From Candidatus Altiarchaeota archaeon (GTDB lineage Archaea; Altiarchaeota; Altiarchaeia; IMC4; SCGC-AAA252-I15), in assembly GCA_043813075.1 (NCBI GenBank), contig JBDRLL010000009.1, forward strand, positions 1 to 35,941: 35,941 nt of DNA, in the 5' to 3' direction. The position numbers and the translations under genes were made by a program. The notes under the pieces were generated by a model. That model made no database searches, was not told the DNA's origin, and saw only the letters and a list, made by a program, of their open reading frames with translations. Position 1 is the first letter of the stretch. The number at the start of each line of letters is the position of its first letter. Positions 10,195 through 18,040 of the stretch are shown here, one piece after another.

Positions 10195-10764
10195 ATGCGG
10201 TTCCAGCAGCAGAAGAGCAAGGCCTTGAACGACTACAGGGCGTCAGTCAGGGTGGGTGACGTGGACGAATCCCTGATACCCCTGCTGGATGAGATAAACA
10301 GGATGGAATCATACTACACGACATCAAGCTGCGGGGGGAGGATAGCGCTCCTGGAGGAGCTGGGCGGCAAGGGCTTGAACAGGTTCATCAGGAAATGGCA
10401 TGATAAGGCCAGCGTTGAAGACGTCATGAAAGCCATGGGTGAATGCAGCACTGAACTATGGTTCAAGTGCGAGCCCCCCATACTCCACGTGGTCGCGAAG
10501 AGTCTGGAGGATGCGAACCATTTCCTCCATGAGGCGAGGGAGGCTGGCTTCAAGAGAAGCGGGCTGCAGTCGTCAGGTGAAGACAGGAACGTGCTTGAAG
10601 TATTGAGCACCGAGTCCATCAACACACCCCTGGTGGTAGATGGAAAAATAGTTGTGGCAGAGGAATATGTGAGAATCCTTGTTGAAGACGGCAACAGAAA
10701 GCTTGAATCCGGTTGGGTTAAGATAGAGAGGCTCAGGGAGAGGCTGTCACGCGGCCCTGGCTAA
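10195..10764 (+). CDS. taw3: tRNA wybutosine methyltransferase Taw3/TYW3
   Basis: GDVDE.LIPLLD.IN, YYTTSSCGGRI, KWH, PPILHV, AGFKRSG. Confidence 0.95.
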   Translation: MRFQQQKSKALNDYRASVRVGDVDESLIPLLDEINRMESYYTTSSCGGRIALLEELGGKGLNRFIRKWHDKASVEDVMKAMGECSTELWFKCEPPILHVVAKSLEDANHFLHEAREAGFKRSGLQSSGEDRNVLEVLSTESINTPLVVDGKIVVAEEYVRILVEDGNRKLESGWVKIERLRERLSRGPG

Positions 10765-11718
10765 ATCCTGTTCCGGCCTCCGGGGCTCTACGCCAGTCCG
10801 TATCGCATTGTTGTAGGCGTAGGCTAGTGTGAGTGCCGCTGCTGTGGTGAACTCCGGCTGATGGGAGATGATGTTGCGGAATACGGGAGACCGTTCTATC
10901 GCGTCGAATATCATCGACGCCTGCTGCGACTGGGGGTCGACGCCGAAGTCCCGCTTCAAGTCTATGCCAAGTTCAGCGTCAACGCGCCTGAACTCCCTCT
11001 CCCGTTCAGCCATCGCGGCCTTAAGCCGCTCCATCTTAACAGTCCCGTCTTCAGAGTCTGAAGTGTCTGTGCCTCCGAAGCCAAGTATGTTACCGCCTGC
11101 CGGGCGGACGCCGCTGATGCGGGAGAACCATACGGGATCCAGGGACCTGGCTAGGAGCGTCATGGAATGAGCGAAGTCGAAGTCTTCACGCCGCTCGACC
11201 TCCGCCCTCGCCTCCACAGTAGAAGCTGCTACCACATACTTTTGGGCGTTGGGGTCGACTGACACAGCATGCAATTCATCATAGTAGTCTGCCTGGATTC
11301 CCTGCGCCCTCTTCTCCTCGACACGCCTTTTCGCGACCTCATCCTGGTTCTTCAACACAGCCCTGGATGACGCTACAAGATGCTTCTTCTCGACAGGACC
11401 GTCCCCCGCAATCCTCTGAGCGGACTCCTGCATGGAGTGAACAAGGAATTTCACCAGGTCAACGCTCTCGTCAGCCATATCCTCACGGGTCTTAACGCCC
11501 TGTTTTATCAGCTTCTTCCTGTTTCTCCTGAAGTCCTGGATGCGCCTGAAGATGCCGTACATCTCAGACTCCTCCCCAGAGACTATGTCAAGGTTCTTCA
11601 AAGCAATCTGCCGGGTAGCCTCGTCCAAACCGTGCCTGTCACCCTCAAGAATACTCCTGAACGTCTTCTCGATACGGCCTATAGGCTGGCCCGGATTCCG
11701 CTGAGCTTCCTGGGGCAT
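10747..11718 (-). CDS. Hypothetical helical protein (orphan)
   Basis: 323-aa ORF filling the taw3-rtcB gap, with a TATA-like TATTTAAG about 25 nt upstream; no family recognised. Confidence 0.7.
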   Translation of the reverse strand: MPQEAQRNPGQPIGRIEKTFRSILEGDRHGLDEATRQIALKNLDIVSGEESEMYGIFRRIQDFRRNRKKLIKQGVKTREDMADESVDLVKFLVHSMQESAQRIAGDGPVEKKHLVASSRAVLKNQDEVAKRRVEEKRAQGIQADYYDELHAVSVDPNAQKYVVAASTVEARAEVERREDFDFAHSMTLLARSLDPVWFSRISGVRPAGGNILGFGGTDTSDSEDGTVKMERLKAAMAEREREFRRVDAELGIDLKRDFGVDPQSQQASMIFDAIERSPVFRNIISHQPEFTTAAALTLAYAYNNAIRTGVEPRRPEQDLARAA

Positions 11719-11773
11719 ATATAGTAAAGCGAAGTCGAGACTTAAATAACATACAACACAATGATTCTATGCC

Positions 11774-13183
11774 ATGAAGCCTGAGAAAAAAAGAGACGGA
11801 GTATGGGAGTTCAGGGATGAGGGGATGAACGTTCCCGCCAGGATATACGCTTCAGACAAGCTCTTCAACGAGATTGAGGAGGGAGTCTACAAGCAGATAA
11901 GCAACGTCGCCAGGCTGCCGGGGATACTCGATGCCGCCATGGTGATGCCTGACGGACACTACGGGTACGGCTTCCCCATAGGAGGTGTCGCAGCATTCAA
12001 CATGGAGGAGGGTGTGATAAGCCCCGGGGGAGTCGGCTACGACATAAACTGCGGCGTCAGGCTGATGACATCCAACCTTCCGGCCAGCGAGGTCGTGCCA
12101 AAACTCAAGCAGCTGACAGACACCCTATTCGATAACGTGCCTTCCGGTCTAGGGAGCAAGAGCAGGCTAAGGTACAGTGAAGGCGAGCTGGAGGAGGTGT
12201 GTGTCGCAGGAGCCGGATGGGCTGTGGAGAAAGGCTTCGGCTTCAATGAGGACTTGAAGCACACGGAGGAGGACGGGTGCATACCCGGAGCAGACCCCAG
12301 CAAGATAGGCCAGAAGGCGAAGTCGAGGGGGAGGCCCCAGCTGGGGACCCTTGGTTCAGGCAACCACTTCCTGGAGATACAGAAGGTCGAGAAGATTTAT
12401 GACGCGGAAGTCGCGAAGAGGTTTGGGATAACAAGCGAGGGACAGGTCACAGTGATGGTGCACTGCGGGTCGCGCGGCCTAGGGTATCAGGTCGCAGACG
12501 ATTACATCGGAGTAATGCTCAACGCCGCGAGGAAGTACGGCATAAAGCTGCCTGACGACGAGCTCGCGTGCGCGCCATTGAAGAGCAGGGAGGCTGAGGA
12601 CTACATAGGCGCAATGTACTGCGCAGTCAACTACGCGTTCGCCAACCGCCAGTTCATAACCCACTGGGTGAGGGAGTCCTTCAACAGGTTCTTCGACGAC
12701 GCCGAACTCGACCTCGTGTACGACGTATGCCATAACATAGCCAAGTTCGAAGAGCACGGAGACTACGGGAAAGTCTGCGTCCACCGTAAGGGCGCTACAA
12801 GAGCATTCGCCGCAGGACGCAAAGAGATTCCAGAGGATTATAGGGACGTCGGCCAGCCCGTGCTGGTGCCGGGAGACATGGGCACAGCATCATACATCCT
12901 CGTCGGAACGGACACTGCCATGAAGGAGTCGTTCGGGAGCGTCTGCCATGGAGCAGGCAGGTGCATGTCAAGAGCAAAAGCCAAGAGGAGCGTGGACGGC
13001 GAACAAGTCAGGAGAGACCTGGAGCGTAAGGGGGAGGTAATCCGGGCGGCAAGCCACCACGTGTTGGCTGAGGAATGCAGCCAAGCCTACAAGGACGTGG
13101 ACGAAGTAGTCGGAAGCGTGAAGCTGGCGGGACTCGCGAAAATAGTCGCCAAAGTCAAGCCCCTAGGTGTGGTAAAAGGCTGA
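11774..13183 (+). CDS. rtcB: RNA-splicing/repair ligase RtcB
   Basis: MPDGHYGYGFPIGG, GYDINCGVR, LGTLGSGNHFLE, HCGSRG, HNIA, HRKGATRA, PGDMG, CHGAGR, AYKDV. Confidence 0.98.
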   Translation: MKPEKKRDGVWEFRDEGMNVPARIYASDKLFNEIEEGVYKQISNVARLPGILDAAMVMPDGHYGYGFPIGGVAAFNMEEGVISPGGVGYDINCGVRLMTSNLPASEVVPKLKQLTDTLFDNVPSGLGSKSRLRYSEGELEEVCVAGAGWAVEKGFGFNEDLKHTEEDGCIPGADPSKIGQKAKSRGRPQLGTLGSGNHFLEIQKVEKIYDAEVAKRFGITSEGQVTVMVHCGSRGLGYQVADDYIGVMLNAARKYGIKLPDDELACAPLKSREAEDYIGAMYCAVNYAFANRQFITHWVRESFNRFFDDAELDLVYDVCHNIAKFEEHGDYGKVCVHRKGATRAFAAGRKEIPEDYRDVGQPVLVPGDMGTASYILVGTDTAMKESFGSVCHGAGRCMSRAKAKRSVDGEQVRRDLERKGEVIRAASHHVLAEECSQAYKDVDEVVGSVKLAGLAKIVAKVKPLGVVKG

Positions 13184-13269
13184 AAAACACATAAAAACAC
13201 CCATGGACATTGTACAGCTTTTATAGTTTGGATGTGTATATATAACACTAAAAGCCCTATGAGTAAAAG

Positions 13270-13611
13270 ATGGACATCGACAACATACAGTCATTAGACG
13301 AGCTGGAAGTCGAAATCCCAGTCCAACTGGAAGATGGTTCTATAGAGAGGAGGATACTCTCCTGGCAGGAATACTACATTCTAGAGCAGAATAAGAGCCG
13401 GGGGAAGGGTAAAATGGATATTGACGACATAAAGTCTTTAGAAGACTTGGAAGTGGAGTTCCAGGTCGACGACGGGAAGGGCGGTAAGAAGGACGTCAGG
13501 ATGACGTGGAGCGAATTCATGACCTCAGACCAGGTGCCGAAGGAATTCATGATGAAGATGTTAAAGTCGAGGGAAGACGACTTATCCAACAAAGACAGGA
13601 GGGTTAAATAA
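13270..13611 (+). CDS. Small acidic protein made of two related 'MDID' modules (A+B fused)
   Basis: MDIDNIQSLDELEVEIPV...W.EY repeated at Met49 as MDIDDIKSLEDLEVEFQV...W.EF; homologous to the ORFs at 14696 and 14841. Confidence 0.85.
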   Translation: MDIDNIQSLDELEVEIPVQLEDGSIERRILSWQEYYILEQNKSRGKGKMDIDDIKSLEDLEVEFQVDDGKGGKKDVRMTWSEFMTSDQVPKEFMMKMLKSREDDLSNKDRRVK

Positions 13612-13613
13612 AG

Positions 13614-14690
13614 ATGGCTACAATGACGATTAGGCCGGGAGTAAGGACTCCTGGGGATTTGAGGGTTGACGGGGTGCCGCCAGAAGTCTCAGGACATCAG
13701 CCAAAGCTGCCTGCAGAACTCGCCAGGCACGGGACAGACGCGGACGCTCACGCTACTAGGGTGAACAGGATACTAGGCGACTACAAGGAGCAGGAGAGGC
13801 GCGGTGGAGGAGTGCCGATGGTGCACTTGAGGTACGCCAGCAGCCCATGCAACATCGCTGAAGCACACGTGGCCGGAGCCGCAGTAATGAGGCTCGTAGG
13901 CAAGTGGGAGGACGCAGAGAAGGCTATGACAGACATACTGGGCGCGAGAGAGAGCATGGACTCAGGGAAACCACTGCTGATACCTAAGGGTAGCGCTGAG
14001 AGAGACTATCTGGAGGAACAATTATCACACTTCTACAGGGACTGGGCAAGACAATTAAGGACAACAGGGGCTACACCAGACCAGGTGGCTGCTAGGACAA
14101 ACCAGGCAGTACAGGCAGCATCAAGGATAGGAGACACCACCAGAAGGACGACAGCCCTAAGCGAGATGCTGACAGTCCACGGAGTAGCCCAAATGGGCCA
14201 GGGACAATACGCTACCGCAGAATCCACGCTAATGGCAGCGGAAAGCACCTACGCGGCGAGAGTCGCATTAGGGGGACCAGCAGACCCGCTACTGTGCGAG
14301 GGCATACAGAGGAACCTTGCTGCCTCAAGGATAGGCCAGGGAACGACCCCGAAGGTGCAGGAGGGCGTTAGGATGCTGGGCGCGATACACGACAGCTACG
14401 GCGCAGCACCGCCAGCAAGCAGGAGCGAGGACGTGTACGTGAACCTGCTTTACGGACAGGCGCTGCTAAAACAGTCAGGCATAGTCGAAGGATACCCTGT
14501 CCCGCCGGCTGATGAGACAATCACTCAAGGCCAGGCCGTGATAAACGCGAAGTACGGTGCAGACAGGACCAGGAAGGCGGAGCATGAAAGTTTCCTAAAG
14601 TCACGGGAACAGCTGCACGACACGGGTTCGGCCGTACTGCAGGAGAGGACAGACCTACAGGACTTCAAGGTCTACGTGGTCAAGAGGTAG
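13614..14690 (+). CDS. Helical TPR-like protein C1, paralogue of the N-terminal part of 15055-17847
   Basis: Starts 2 nt after the upstream stop; motifs align with C2; TPR-like QMGQGQYATAESTLMAA. Confidence 0.85.
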   Translation: MATMTIRPGVRTPGDLRVDGVPPEVSGHQPKLPAELARHGTDADAHATRVNRILGDYKEQERRGGGVPMVHLRYASSPCNIAEAHVAGAAVMRLVGKWEDAEKAMTDILGARESMDSGKPLLIPKGSAERDYLEEQLSHFYRDWARQLRTTGATPDQVAARTNQAVQAASRIGDTTRRTTALSEMLTVHGVAQMGQGQYATAESTLMAAESTYAARVALGGPADPLLCEGIQRNLAASRIGQGTTPKVQEGVRMLGAIHDSYGAAPPASRSEDVYVNLLYGQALLKQSGIVEGYPVPPADETITQGQAVINAKYGADRTRKAEHESFLKSREQLHDTGSAVLQERTDLQDFKVYVVKR

Positions 14691-14695
14691 ACGAA

Positions 14696-14830
14696 ATGGA
14701 CATAGATGACATTAGAAGCCTTTCAGACATCCAAGTCCAAATCCCCATAAAGAACCAGGACGGGAGCATAGGGAAGAGGGTGCTCAACTGGGACGAGTAC
14801 ATGGTACTTATAGCCCAGAAGGAGAAATAA
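14696..14830 (+). CDS. 44-aa 'MDID' module A' (MDIDDIRSLSDIQVQIPIKNQDGSIGKRVLNWDEYMVLIAQKEK), absent from the ORF track
   Basis: ATG 14696, TAA 14828-14830; aligns without gaps to residues 1-40 of the 13270 ORF. Confidence 0.85.
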   Translation: MDIDDIRSLSDIQVQIPIKNQDGSIGKRVLNWDEYMVLIAQKEK

Positions 14831-14840
14831 TCTAAGCGAA

Positions 14841-15053
14841 ATGAACGGCATGGATGTCGACAAGATATCATTCGAAGAGCTTGAAGTAGAAATCGAAGTG
14901 GATGACGGGAAAGGCGGCAAGAAAAAGAAGATAATAAAATGGGGTGACTTCATGAATTCGGAAGACATCCCTAAAGAACAAAGGATGACTATACTCGAGG
15001 CCAGGAGAAAGAGCCTCGAAGAAAAATCCAAGAAAACAGAGGTCAAAAAATAA
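14841..15053 (+). CDS. 70-aa 'MDID' module B'
   Basis: LEVEIEVDDGKGGKK...WGDFMNSEDIPKE matches LEVEFQVDDGKGGKK...WSEFMTSDQVPKE of the 13270 ORF. Confidence 0.85.
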   Translation: MNGMDVDKISFEELEVEIEVDDGKGGKKKKIIKWGDFMNSEDIPKEQRMTILEARRKSLEEKSKKTEVKK

Positions 15054-15054
15054 G

Positions 15055-17847
15055 ATGGCGACGGTAACCGTAGACACTCAATTCAGGCAATTCAGGACTG
15101 ATGCTCCAGGAACAGGGACAGAAAGGCTGATGGGCCACCTGCAGAGGTCGGCTCCGGACGTTGAAGCGCAGACACAACTATTGCGCGACATAGCGAAGGC
15201 TTACGACACTGCCGGCGGCGGAACGCCCCTGACGATACTAAGACACGGCGGGACTCAACTCAACGGAGACCAGGCCCACATAGTCCTAGCAGCATTCATG
15301 TACCAGAACGGACGGCACGAGGACGCGGCGAAAGTCCTGGAAGACAGGCTTACGGAAAGGATGATTCCGGGAGACGCCAGCTCGCCACTGAGGATGACAG
15401 ACCCGGACATGATAAGGCAGTACAGGCAGAACATCATAAAAATACGGATGGATCAGGCCAGGGTTAGGGCCGGCGCCGGAGGCGCTGACACGATCAGCGA
15501 CTGCGAGACCATACTGGGGAAGGCCATGCAACAGGCAAGCGCCATGACCGGGGCGATGGGGACTGCGGAAGGCGACGAGAAATACGGCTCCATGCGGGAC
15601 GCACAGAACCTGCTCGGATGCATACGATTCCAGGAAGGCAAGCACATGGACGCTGTGGCGGCATTCGACGCCGCCCTGGGACAGCACGGGAACGTGACGG
15701 GAAGCAGTCCAGCGGATGCCGAAGGCCAGAGGCTGCGGCGGAACAAGGCCGCGGCACTAATCAAGTCAGACAACATGACCCACGTCCAAGAGGGCGTTGA
15801 AATCCTTGCCACAATCAGGAGCGAATGGAATACTGCGGGAACACCAGACGCGCAACGTTCCGACAGCGGCATGATGAACATGATATACGGGATGGCGAAA
15901 CTCAAGCACGCAGGGTCAAGCCCCCGCGGCGCAAATTCAAGCACATTCTCGGACGCAGACGTGGATGGTTTCATCGTGGAGACTGAGAACATAATAAACG
16001 CCAGACACGCCGGAGACAGGACACTCGCCAACACGAGGAAAGACCTGCTGAAGGAGAGGGAGAAGTATTACGACGACAAGGACGTTGAAGTGACTGAGGT
16101 CATAAACCTGACTTCACGGGAGCTCATCGACGGCGAAGTGCTCGCCACAACAAGCAGCACAAGAACTCCAGGACCAGGACCATCACCGCCGGTCACAACA
16201 CCGCCAGGCTCACCGCCAGTCACAACACCGCCAAGCACCAGTACGACGACGCCTGACCCGAGGCTTGCTCCAGGTTTGGCTGGCGCCAGGGCTAGGGCGA
16301 CGGAGACTGTGGAGACACTGCTCAAACACGATCACACTTACAGGACACTATCAGAGACGAGCGGCAAAGACCCTGCGCTCGCTACCGCAGACACTGCGAT
16401 AGCCGCGAAATACAGGGACGGCCTGATAGAATTGTATGCTGCAAGGGACTCGCAGATGCAGGGCGACCCGAGGGTTGAGGCCGCTTTAACGCGTGCGAGA
16501 GACTTGTTCAGGGACTGCAGGATACATGAGGCAAGCCCGCTAGTCAACGGTGCTACGGGGAGAAGCCGGCTGAGCGGCGCATTCACCCGGGCCATGGAAA
16601 CGGAGACCGAGCTCGCAGGCCACTACCGTCTGATAGGGGGCAGGAACTCCGACAGAAAGACGGCCGCAGCCCAAGCAAGATCATACCACAACGAGGCTGA
16701 AACCATCATGAGGACCCAGTACGGGGCAGACTACGACGCAGGCAACGCCGCTGCGATAGGGCGGCGTGCGGACGCCAGCGACTACATATTCTTCAAGGCA
16801 GCTCAGGCCGAGATGCATGTGAGATGCAGGAGCCAGTTGTGGACTAGAAGCCACTACAGGGCTGCTGACAAGGCGCTGGACGAAGCCGGGATAGCTGCCA
16901 ACGAGACCACTGCAAGCAAGGGAGTGATGCTCACTGTAACATACCTCGCCAAGGCAAGGGCAGGCATAGAATACGAGCAGGAGGCCCTGCTGACGAGGAA
17001 GGGCAAGTTCAGGCACCTGGACCACGCTGCTGAAAGCGCCAACGACGCGCTCACTGAGACAGGCAACAGAAGCAACTTCGCTTCAGAGCAGGAGCAGTCC
17101 GCAATGAGGAACCACGCTAAAGACTCGCTCATAGGAGTCATAAAACACCTGGGGCGTGAGAGCGACAGGCTAGGGAGAAGCTGGATACCTGGCGGGAGAC
17201 AACGCGTGAGAGACGCTGCAAGGGAATCAGTAAAGCATGTCGTAAAGGCGTGCAGCGACGACTTTGACGCGATGACTGCGGCAGGCCACACGTACAGTGG
17301 GTCAGACCCGACATATGAGGTAGACTACATATTCAAGGCGTCACTGGGCACTCTAGCGAGGATAGAGCGTGGCAGAGGAAACCTCTATGACGCGCTGCAG
17401 CTGGAACACCAGAGAGGCCAGTTGGACGGCGGAGCAAACCACAGGCCAGTGGACGATGAGGGAATCCGGAGGGCTTACAACAGTGGGATGCAGAGCGGAA
17501 ACTCGCAGGACTTCTACAGGGCCATGCTCATACACACCGGCACCTCAGCGTCAGCAGCCTCAGCGCTAAACGCAGGACAGGTGGAAGGCCAAGGCAGGCT
17601 ACAGGCCGAGACCATGGCAGGCAACGTCTCAACAGGAGGTTCAATAGACTTCCACGAGAGGATGCTATTGTACGGCATAATGAGGAGCGAGAGGAGCGAG
17701 TACGACAGGAAAGTCTCATCCACAAAGCCGGCGATACTCACCGAGAACACTGCTAGAAGAGACTTCGTGAACAACATTTCAGCAGGGTTCACTGACGACA
17801 CCTTCGAAGTCGAAGGCGGCGGACAGGTGAAGGACCTCAGGATATAA
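15055..17847 (+). CDS. 930-aa helical TPR-like protein C2: C1-like domain, Pro/Thr linker, C-terminal extension
   Basis: Starts 1 nt after the upstream stop; TPR-like NLLGCIRFQEGKHMDAVAAFDAAL; linker TPGPGPSPPVTTPPGSPPVTTPPSTSTTTPDP. Confidence 0.88.
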   Translation: MATVTVDTQFRQFRTDAPGTGTERLMGHLQRSAPDVEAQTQLLRDIAKAYDTAGGGTPLTILRHGGTQLNGDQAHIVLAAFMYQNGRHEDAAKVLEDRLTERMIPGDASSPLRMTDPDMIRQYRQNIIKIRMDQARVRAGAGGADTISDCETILGKAMQQASAMTGAMGTAEGDEKYGSMRDAQNLLGCIRFQEGKHMDAVAAFDAALGQHGNVTGSSPADAEGQRLRRNKAAALIKSDNMTHVQEGVEILATIRSEWNTAGTPDAQRSDSGMMNMIYGMAKLKHAGSSPRGANSSTFSDADVDGFIVETENIINARHAGDRTLANTRKDLLKEREKYYDDKDVEVTEVINLTSRELIDGEVLATTSSTRTPGPGPSPPVTTPPGSPPVTTPPSTSTTTPDPRLAPGLAGARARATETVETLLKHDHTYRTLSETSGKDPALATADTAIAAKYRDGLIELYAARDSQMQGDPRVEAALTRARDLFRDCRIHEASPLVNGATGRSRLSGAFTRAMETETELAGHYRLIGGRNSDRKTAAAQARSYHNEAETIMRTQYGADYDAGNAAAIGRRADASDYIFFKAAQAEMHVRCRSQLWTRSHYRAADKALDEAGIAANETTASKGVMLTVTYLAKARAGIEYEQEALLTRKGKFRHLDHAAESANDALTETGNRSNFASEQEQSAMRNHAKDSLIGVIKHLGRESDRLGRSWIPGGRQRVRDAARESVKHVVKACSDDFDAMTAAGHTYSGSDPTYEVDYIFKASLGTLARIERGRGNLYDALQLEHQRGQLDGGANHRPVDDEGIRRAYNSGMQSGNSQDFYRAMLIHTGTSASAASALNAGQVEGQGRLQAETMAGNVSTGGSIDFHERMLLYGIMRSERSEYDRKVSSTKPAILTENTARRDFVNNISAGFTDDTFEVEGGGQVKDLRI
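16183..16233 (+). repeat. Intragenic 24-bp tandem repeat x2 (SPPVTTPP) in the Pro/Thr linker
   Basis: tcaccgccggtcacaacaccgcca (16183-16206) and tcaccgccagtcacaacaccgcca (16210-16233), one mismatch. Confidence 0.9.
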
Positions 17848-17855
17848 GCAACACA

Positions 17856-17890
17856 TTGGGGGCTTAATCCCCCCAAATCATTTTCTTTCT
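17856..17890 (+). terminator. Hairpin plus T-rich tract ending the cassette operon
   Basis: TTGGGGG/CCCCCAA stem (17856-17876) followed by TTTTCTTTCT, between convergent genes. Confidence 0.6.
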
Positions 17891-17898
17891 GAGTAGGA

Positions 17899-18040
17899 TC
17901 GCATGCTTCGGCAGGGCAGAATCACTTCTCCTCAATACTCTCCTCAACCCTCATGCCGAAGCACCTGCTCCCTACGGTCGCATGCTTCGGCAGGGCAGAA
18001 TCACTTCTCCTCAATACTCTCCTCAACCCTCATGCCGAAG
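17899..18040. repeat. Exact 63-bp direct repeat (17899-17961, 17978-18040) duplicating the aroB' 3' end, with a palindromic junction
   Basis: tcgcatgcttcggcagggcagaatcacttctcctcaatactctcctcaaccctcatgccgaag occurs twice with a 16-bp spacer. Confidence 0.95.

Noticed and set aside
13203-13226. Mini-ORF MDIVQLL* upstream of the cassette, starting like the MDID modules
   Set aside because: Only three matching residues and it overlaps the TATA-like tract; cannot be told from chance.
13270-15053. MDID modules as RiPP precursor peptides
   Set aside because: The acidic SLxxLE start is leader-like, but there is no Cys/Ser/Thr-rich core and no recognisable modifying enzyme, protease or transporter nearby.
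17899-18040. CRISPR array or DGR TR/VR pair
   Set aside because: Only two 63-bp copies with a 16-bp spacer, derived from coding sequence. The copies are identical (no adenine-specific differences), and there is no cas or reverse transcriptase gene in the window.
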